A stretch of 64,000 nt of DNA from Schmidtea polychroa (taxonomy: Eukaryota). The position numbers and the translations under genes were made by a program. This document shows positions 11,233-64,000 of this stretch, one piece after another. The notes below the pieces were generated by a model. It did no database searches. It was not told the origin of the DNA and saw nothing but the letters and a program-made list of their open reading frames with translations. The stretch covers positions 53,508,001-53,572,000 of the forward strand of contig CM097885.1 in NCBI GenBank assembly GCA_044892525.1, read 5' to 3'. Position 1 is the stretch's first letter, and the number at the start of each line of letters is the position of its first letter.

Positions 11233-13435
11233 CGACAGATATACTAAAAGGCTGTGACATCATCTGATATTCGTATTTATGTTGAGCAATAGATTTGAAT
11301 ATTGATCCATCAATATGTTAAACGTTTAATTAAACCAAAAAGAATGAAATTGAAAATTCTTCGATGATGGTCGTGTCTCCGGAGACCGGTCTTTCGTGTT
11401 AAAGATGGCACTTAATGACTATCTGACATTCTAGCTTTTGATAAATTTTGTCATCGATAACGTCTTGTTACATACCGATGCCGGGTGGTATGCGGGTGAA
11501 GTCTCTACTGTGTATTTTAGTGCTAGACGCATGCCGCATACCTTACTTGGGACATTGTGTGCTGTGTTGTAACCATTTAGATTTTGGAACGCATGTAGTG
11601 AGTAATTTACAAAGAGATGTTCGAGACTGTGATTAGATTATTCAAGGGAAATACGCATCTTGCCAGTGGAAAACGGTCATTATTAATGATGTTTTTAGAT
11701 TATGGTCTATTTATTTCGTCGAATCGTTTTATATTGTGATCTGTTGAACGATTGTCGGTGACTTTAGCCATACTTTGCATCATCAAGGATGGGACTGAGT
11801 CGATAAGATATTTTCGTCTTGTAATCGTTAAGCGTTCTAGCATGATTATCATTGTTGGTTCCAAATAACCTCGTGGGTCTATTATTCCTGGATTGTGGAT
11901 TTACTATCGTGCTGAGCAGGACGGAGGTTCTCTCACATAGCAGGTTATTTTGTGATTTTATTAGGTTGTTGATTTACTCTATTTTTAGGTGCAATTTTAG
12001 AGTGGTGTCTGTGGTTCAACTCTAATAACATTTTCCGGTTTTTCGGCTTTTAATTTATTATGTATTTGGAACAAGTCTCGGACTTTTACTCTGTCGTGTT
12101 TTCTATTTTACGTCTGTGTAGAGCATGATCCATTTATAAATTATGGTCATTGTGATGATTTATTACTATTTTATTATCATTATGCGCGGAAGTCCCAATT
12201 GCTCCATTACTTCTATATTTCTCTCACTGGTACGTTGCTTTTACTAGAAGTTCTCTAGGTTTACCGGTACTTTTATTACTCGTCAGTACCGAAAAATCTT
12301 TTGGAAATATCTAAACACATCATTTATCATTTATATGTTTACGGTTTCTCGATTTTAGCTCCGTAAATTCGGTTCCTTAACTACCACCTTCTGAACGAAT
12401 ATTACAGACATGTTTGGAAACCATTAAGGACGATTGCAAATTCTTTTAATTTATTATTAATGCTTCGTAAAATTATTCTAATGATTTTATTTTACTCACC
12501 CCACACAACTCATTGAACATTAGTGGGACGAGCTCTTAGTGTTCTTGATTATGACTATAACTAAAAAGCTGATTTCCAGATCTTCCTATATAATTAAATT
12601 TTGCCTGTTAAAGTTACGTAATTGCTCGACTTACTTGTGAGCGAGAGTTATAGAGTATTGCGGGGGCTTCTCTCTAGTAGGCAATCAGAGCGTTAGAACC
12701 AGATGACACTGTAATGCAAGAAGTTACAGTGTGAACTACGACAGATGAACTGTCTCTACTCCCCGAAGGATTACTGACTTTATTGTGTTGGCCGTGGGCC
12801 GAATTAGGTTTATAATGTCTGGGAGTTATTTTAATCTTACGAAAATGAGTCCATAAAAAGAAACCAAAACGTGAATTTCAAAAACCTTTAATGACACTAC
12901 TCAACATATTCATCATGTAGCATTAAGACATACTTACTGTTAATAGATTCGTTTGGCATAAATTAAGTGAAAGTCCAGTACAAAATTTCATTAAATCATG
13001 ACCAAAATCCCCTTGCTAATATTCTTAGATTTTAGTATGCAAGTATGTGTGTATGTTTTGATCTATATAGATAAATTCGAATTTGTGTTAATTGTGCTGT
13101 TATGTTATATTTATGTTTATTTTGTGCTTTACTTCTTGCTTTTGTCATTTATTTTTATGTTTCTCAATTTTAGTGTGATACTTGTCCCTCACTTGGTATT
13201 TACTTAGTTTTTTTATCTGTTTCGATTTTGAATTAATTTACAGTTGTGTTTGCATGTTATTTTTCGCACATTTTGATCACAATTAAGTTTTGCCCATCAT
13301 AATGAACAAAACCACAAACGTCCACACATAATATGATATAATATAAAAATTGCTAATAACATTTTCAGTTGATAATATTTCATGCATTTTATGTAGACTT
13401 TTTAATTGAAATTATGTTGTTGATCTTGCTTGCAG

Positions 13436-57429
<43,994 letters not shown>

Positions 57430-57617
57430 GTTAAAATCATTATTTCTTTATTTAATATTTTATTAACAATATGGAATAATTCTAGTTTAAAAACTTAAGT
57501 AGCCCACAAGGGTGTAGTTAAGGGAGGCAGATGTCCTTAGGCAGTTCAATGAGGTTTGGAAATTTCGGTATATTAAATTTGGAACATACACCTTACTTAT
57601 TGTTGTTTTAATATGTA

Positions 57618-57698
57618 TTCCCTCTGTCCAAAAATGATAGTCCAGTTCCAAATTACGATTTAAAGTCAAACTGGACTATCATTTTTGGACAGTGGGAG
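57618..57698. mobile_element. 81-bp Tc1/mariner-type MITE (Stowaway-like TIR)
   Basis: TA-TTCCCTCTGTCCAAAAATGATAGTCCAGTT...AACTGGACTATCATTTTTGGACAGTGGGAG-TA. Confidence 0.8.
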
Positions 57699-60600
57699 TA
57701 CTATATAATCATTGTAATAAAGCCTGCTATGCCTTTACAGTAAACTATTCAGGATAATGATGATTGTTGCTAATACTTATTACTTGACTGATATGAGTTG
57801 ACGGGTTGGCATCGTTTCTTCTTCTCTTTAGCAGCTTTTACTTAATTTGATAAAATAATGGTTTTCAATGTTGTGAAGGGCGTAAATATGAATTTTGACT
57901 CCGGGCACCAAACATCTTAGCTACATTTACTGGCAGCCAGACCAGCATTAACCTTGAGGCTGTATATTTAGATAGTTAAGAAAATGCACTATGGAAACTT
58001 TTAAATTTTATTAAAAATGTTGGACACGACTTGTGTCACACGAAGGCGACCAAATGGAAATATACGGAATAGGAGCATTGACAAATTTCGGCATTTATCT
58101 GCAAGATTGTAGGAAACAATTTTATGATAAAGCATCTAATTTATCAACGATTTAAAACGGCATTCTTGCAACAAATAAAAATAATCTTGCAATCTAGCTT
58201 TGCCCGTAGAAGTACCTAGCAGATCGTTTTTAACCACATTTTATTTTTAAATGTTGAAACGTCACAAACTCGATATTGATTTTTTTTTCACAATATATGA
58301 TATTTTGTCGATATATAATAATTCAAAATTTAAATTATTTAATAATAAATTAATAATAATTTAAATTAGTTCTTATAATTGTAAAAAAACAATGGATAAA
58401 TATTTTCGCTGCTTTAGTTTAGCATATAAATACATTTTTTCTTACTATGATATGATCTTAAAACAAACTTTATTTATCGGCAAATGTTGCAGAACCCATA
58501 TGACCTTACAGTTGCCCCAGACTAATTGTAAGGAGTCTTCACGCTCACCTCTTGTTTTTGATCTGATCTTTAATGATGGTTTGACAACATTCGATATTTG
58601 AAAGAAAGGTTATTAAAGGATTTTTTTGCATTTCAAACACATTAATTTGTTATCTGATAACTCGAAAGATCAGCTCATTTTAAAAACAATAATTGAGTTG
58701 CAAATTGAACGTATGTTCCCAGATTTAATAACAGCTCTATGAATATTTTTTTAGTATTGCATGTAAAAATTATCAACAATTGTTTTTAAAACAATACAAA
58801 TTAAATAGTATTTTATTTATTCAATTTATGGTAACTGTGAAAAACATTATAATTAATAACTCCGAAAATTTATTCATTTTAAAATTGCGATGTCGATATC
58901 TGAATCCCGCCTGAGGGTGATAATGATTTGGCAGCGATACTCGTGCAGGATGAAAAGTTTCTTCTGATTTGTTAAAACAAATTTTATTGGCGAGCGTCAT
59001 CTCATATTATATTCTTATTCAAAACGTGCGAATTTTTCTATTCTGATTATGTAGATAAGTGGTTTGTTTTCTATATCTTTTCTAGTACATTATAATATTA
59101 TATAATTAATTTGTGATAATTAATTATTTATCTGTGTACATTTCCAAAGTAAAATTTATTTAATTAGGCCTTAAATGCATGATTTTTCCAAATTCAAAAA
59201 TAAAAATATTTTTAAAAGTCAATATCATATGTACAGAGACATCTAATGTAATAATTTGGAAACACAATAGCTCGGTGTTTTGTTACACTTATGCAACACT
59301 ATGCATTGGAGTTCTTTTATTGTGTATATACTGAGTTATAAGCGCTTAAATAAATTGCTGCAGATAATAATTTAGAGAATAAGAAGCTATTGTTTTAAAT
59401 CTATTTTATTTGAAATATCAGAAAAATTATATAAAATATTTTTTTGATTTTTTATATATCTATCTAAGAAAATCAGTCAATACCATTTTCAATCTTAACA
59501 ATGACGATTGCTTGATTTTTGCAAGTTTTTTATGTAATATGCCTACTATTTAAATAATGCGATTAAGTTATCAAAATCTCTTAGCTCGAGGGCGCTCGAA
59601 GATGGCTCTGCTGGTAGCCCATGGAAATTTTAAATGAGATCAGAGAATTATAATGTATTTGTGTGTTTCCCTAACCCTTTAACATCGATAATTATTCATA
59701 TTATTTTGAATTGAAAAATGAGCATCGACTGAAAAATACTGAGATTAATTAATTTTCATAGTATTTAATATTGCATGAAAATCCTTCACATAATGAAAGT
59801 TTCACTTTTGATAAGACATAAAAAAAAATAAAAAAGTCACAAGTATTGTAAATTGCATACTGACTTCATGGATACTTTATATAAGTTATAACCCCTGAAT
59901 TTATAAACCAATTTTATTGATATCTTGTACAAATATAACATTTCAAAAAAATGTACGGTGATTATAATTGGAACTTTGTAAAAATAAAGATTGGTCAAAA
60001 TAAGAATGAGTAAACGTATTGGCACCCAAAAAATGTAATAACCTTTATGTATAAAACTCATGTTTCAACTTAAAGATATCGTATCATTTCTTGTTCTACT
60101 CAATTTGAAGAAATGTTTGAACATATTTTTAATCTTTCAATCCCATGAGTTACTTGATGGACTGATGCCAGCCAATTCATAGCAGTATCTTTCATTTTCA
60201 TTTAACTTTTATTCCATTCGACATTTGTCTAAATTGTAGTTCTGTTGACTTTACTACCTTATACGCAACAAGCAAAGATCTACATATGATCGCATGCTAT
60301 ACCCGATAAATACTTTCATACTCACAACAAGTCGAAAATATTTGTTATTTTCTGAAAAGTTACAATGTCAGCTTTCTAAGCAGTTTATTCAGTGCAGTCA
60401 TATGTTGTTGTTATTTTTTACTTGTTTCAAAGTGATTTACTTAGGATAGATGAAAACAGGAAAAAACTGAGTTAAGAAACTAAAACAGTTATTTGTTAGA
60501 GTGTCCGTTGTTTAGTCGTTTCACGGAAATTTTCAATCTTCTATCAAATGATATTGCTAATCGGCATGAACGTATCTCAAACTTGTTTTTTTACTTTGAA

Positions 60601-61786
60601 CACGTCTACATCTATGGGCAACGTAAAAATTATATAACCTACATTGGACAGCAGATGACAGTGTTGCCTACACTTGCTTCACTTAAACCCTTAGTTTTAT
60701 TTCAATATCGTCATCCCACTTTATAGGCATCTTAGGTGGAGCAATTCGAAGAAAATACAAGAAATTTTTATTTAAATAAATATCAACAACTTTTTTTCTT
60801 CCAATTTCACCACTGATTATTTTTTCCATTGAATTTATAAAAAAGAGAGCTTGAAGACTAAATCAGTAATATATCGATGTTTGTTGATACTCACGAATTT
60901 TCGGCACTGCCTTTTTTTTGGAAAATTCATCTATTCATATTTGTGAATAGTTCTAAAAATATAATTAACCCCAAGTGTCCTTTATAATTCTCACTAGGAA
61001 ATTTTATTTGTTTTAAACATTCAAAATTATAATTGTATTTTTTAAAATTCAATATCTTACATTTAAGTGTTTGGAAAATAAAAAAAGAAATTCATCTTGA
61101 TAAAAAAACAAAATTAATTTCCTCGAAAAATTCATTGAAAACAGGTTTTATATTTGAAATGATGAATTATTAATGTAATTAAAAATTTGGTTAGGAGATA
61201 ATTAGAGATTTCTTTGTGTAAATTTATAATTCATCTTATAAAATCTAGCCACATTTCTTTTATTATTTTAATTTAATTAGAAAGTTTATTTTGATTGTCT
61301 TGAATGAAATCTCAATTTAAAAAGAAATAATGCATTACGAATTGTTTCATTTCTGCTAATTTTATAAAGCGTTTTAATTACGATCTTTTTTATATAAAAT
61401 TTCGGATCAAATAAAAAAAATCTCCAGCTCGTTTTTTTTATAATCTGTGAAATATTATATTATTAAATTAAATATTTTATATATAGATTTTTATTTTTAT
61501 TTAATCTATTTTTATTATTACAATTTCTCTATTGTAGTGCTTCCACTTTATTCATATTTAGATATATTTATTTATATTATAATATATACTAAATAGTAAT
61601 ATATAGAAAATAAAAGTATTAAAAAAACACTTGTTTAAATAATCAGAATAAGAAACAAAAACGCAAGTTCGAAATAAATAGTAACAAGAAGATAAAGAAG
61701 AGATCAAGCGCAGCAGTAAAATTTATACCGATAATTCAGAAGCAACTTTTCATCTGGAACCAGTATCGCAGTTAAATCATTATTAC

Positions 61787-62589
61787 TGGTGGGTTTTATG
61801 ATACTAAAAATCAACCGTTGGTTATTCTGACTCCATGTGTTCCAAAAATTAATAAACACAACTCCCAACGTATATTTGTTTTATAGCAAATTTACAATTC
61901 TCAATAAATAATTACAACTTTTAGTTAACCACTATTTTACTCCCACAATTTCCGATCGAACTTCGCTCTGTAACGTCTCGACCTTGTGCGATTTAAAAAT
62001 AAGTTTCACCTTTTTATTTGATTCCACCCTCTGATCCGAACTCTTTTAATACTCCTTTTCTAACTATTCAGTTCCTCTTATAATTCCCTTTTTTCTTGAC
62101 TTTGTTCCTCAAATTCATATTTTCGGTTTCTTCTTCCCTACCTAAGGCTACTGCCCACTATCTGAATTTGGAGTTTCCTTATATACTCCCATAATCGTTG
62201 TAATTGCCCCATTTTTGACCTAATTGGTTTTGACTTCCTCGGTTATCATTCTCTAATTAGTTATTTCTGTTGACCCCCTTAGTAATTCCCCTTCTTTTGT
62301 TTACCCCCGTTTTCCGACTATTTGGTTAATTACCCTCTGAATTCCCAGTTTGTTTATCTTTCCAAATTGCCGCGCTCGGATTCTCCATTGGCTCGGACTT
62401 CCCATTAGCTCGGGTTTCCCATTAGCCAATTAATTAATTAAGTAATATTTTGTGTTTTCAAATTTGCCTGTTTTACGATCTTTCTAAACACTTTCTAACA
62501 ATTTCTTGCTCACTGCCTTCTTCACCATCCCCTAATCTACCCCTCTCCCGTTTTCCAGCTTCAATTTCGATAACATTTCACTTTATTGC
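61787..62589 (-). mobile_element. LTR of the 26158-26983 family, interrupted by Gypsy element D
   Basis: Reverse-complement homology to 26330-26983, with an extra segment near the 3' end. Confidence 0.85.
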
Positions 62590-64000
62590 TGTTAGACGCA
62601 ATTAAATTCAAATCTTCTTTAAGCATTTATTTTTTTATAACAACTTCAAAATTGTGTCGTTTACTAGCGTATTTAAACACCGAGGCGTGATAATTATTAA
62701 TATTAATGTAACTACTGGTCATACATTTAATTGATTTAATTTAATATAATTTAATATAATATGATATAATTTAATATAGAATTTAAATATAAAAATTTAA
62801 CAGAAATAATTATTTCTACTAACTGATCTCACTTCTAACATTTAACCATAATAATTTTATATAGGGGTTTACTAACTCCTTACATCCAACGTTCCCTCTA
62901 AGCTGCGCGCGCGCAGCACCTCCAACTCCCCAGCGCAGCAAAATTATTTTCAGCGCAGTATATTTAATTCAACCGTTTGTATTTAATCATTTGTATTTAA
63001 AGGCTGCTCAGCGCAGCTGACTTTGCGCGCACTGCTGCTTATGGCTTAGAGGGAACATTGCTTACATCCGCCCTTCTTTAAAATGCTTTAACTTTTCTAT
63101 ATTCCTCGTTATTTTTCTCCCGTTTTCGTCTGTTAATAAGTAACTTCTTTCATGATTTCGTTTTATTACTGTGTATGGTCCTTCATATCTCTCGTGCTCT
63201 TTGTTTCTAATTTCTTGTTTCACCAATACTTTGTCCACCACTTCTAAGTTCCTAGTTGTACCAATTTCTTTTGCTTGCTGTCTTTATCCTCGAGTTTCCG
63301 CATGATTTCATTTCTATCCACTTCATTATTACTATGCCATTGCGATCTATCAATCTTTCTCCCAAATATAATTTCTTCTGGACTCACTCCAGTAGTTTTT
63401 TGAGCTGTCGCATTTAAACGTATTCTATATCAGGTATTAATTCTGCCCAGCTTTTTTTAACTCCTTCTCTGAGTGACGCGTTAATATAGTCTCTTATAGT
63501 ACGAAATTGTCTTTCAATTACACCATTAGTATTATGATGATACGGACTAGAAAATATCAACTCAATTCCTGCCGCCTTTGCTAGTTCTTTAATACTATTT
63601 GCTTCGAAATTCTTTCCACAATCTACATGTAGTTCCTTAGGGGCTCCAAATTTCAATATCCAATTATTTAACAAAACTGCATTTTTTGTATTTTCATCTT
63701 GCTTTCTAATAGGAGTTAGAGATATGTATTTACTGTAATGATCGATTATTGCACAAATATATTTTTTTCCTCTGAAGGTTTCTCTTAATGGACCGCAAAT
63801 ATCCATGTATATTTTCTCCATAGGTTCTGAAGCTTGGCTTTTTTCTTTTGACTTTGTAGTTAAAACTTTGTTTTTCTGACATGCTTCACATATTGAAATA
63901 GTCTCTTTTACTTCATTTAGCAAATTTTCCATATCAAAATTGTTCCTAATATATTTCATAACTTTTTCTACTCCTGCGTGGCATAATAATAAATGTGTTT
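62590..64000 (-). mobile_element. Gypsy element D (element B family): 3' LTR and integrase, runs off the window
   Basis: ORF 63414..63959 close to B integrase; LTR TGTAAGGAG...TCTAACA; PPT at about 63067-63080. Confidence 0.9.
62887..63060. mobile_element. hAT MITE (174 bp)
   Basis: TIR CAACGTTCCCTCTAAG / CTTAGAGGGAACATTG; perfect 8-bp TSD CTTACATC. Confidence 0.92.

Overview
Very AT-rich eukaryotic DNA with many (TAA)n microsatellites and short canonical introns; it resembles a planarian (Schmidtea/Dugesia-type) genome, which is an inference. Nine spliced + strand exons (13436-57429) join in frame into a DH-PH RhoGEF most like PLEKHG7, and the introns are packed with mobile elements. These include a young full-length Ty3/Gypsy element (3919-8978, minus strand, 317-bp LTRs, TSD ATTTC) nested in an older relative, several solo LTRs with 4-bp TSDs, hAT, piggyBac-like and Tc1/mariner MITEs, and transposase remnants. 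The most striking feature is a 12.6-kb non-coding palindromic element (29406-41969) with ~4.8-kb inverted arms, AGT...ACT ends and a 6-bp TSD (ACGGTT). These are Maverick/Polinton hallmarks, but the element has no genes, and related fragments elsewhere in the window share a conserved ~25-nt motif. Other highlights: a covarying -1 frameshift signal in both Gypsy elements, gag and integrase ORFs overlapping the LTRs, a minimal hammerhead ribozyme (17459-17500, minus strand), and a conserved structured 3' end shared by divergent LTR families.
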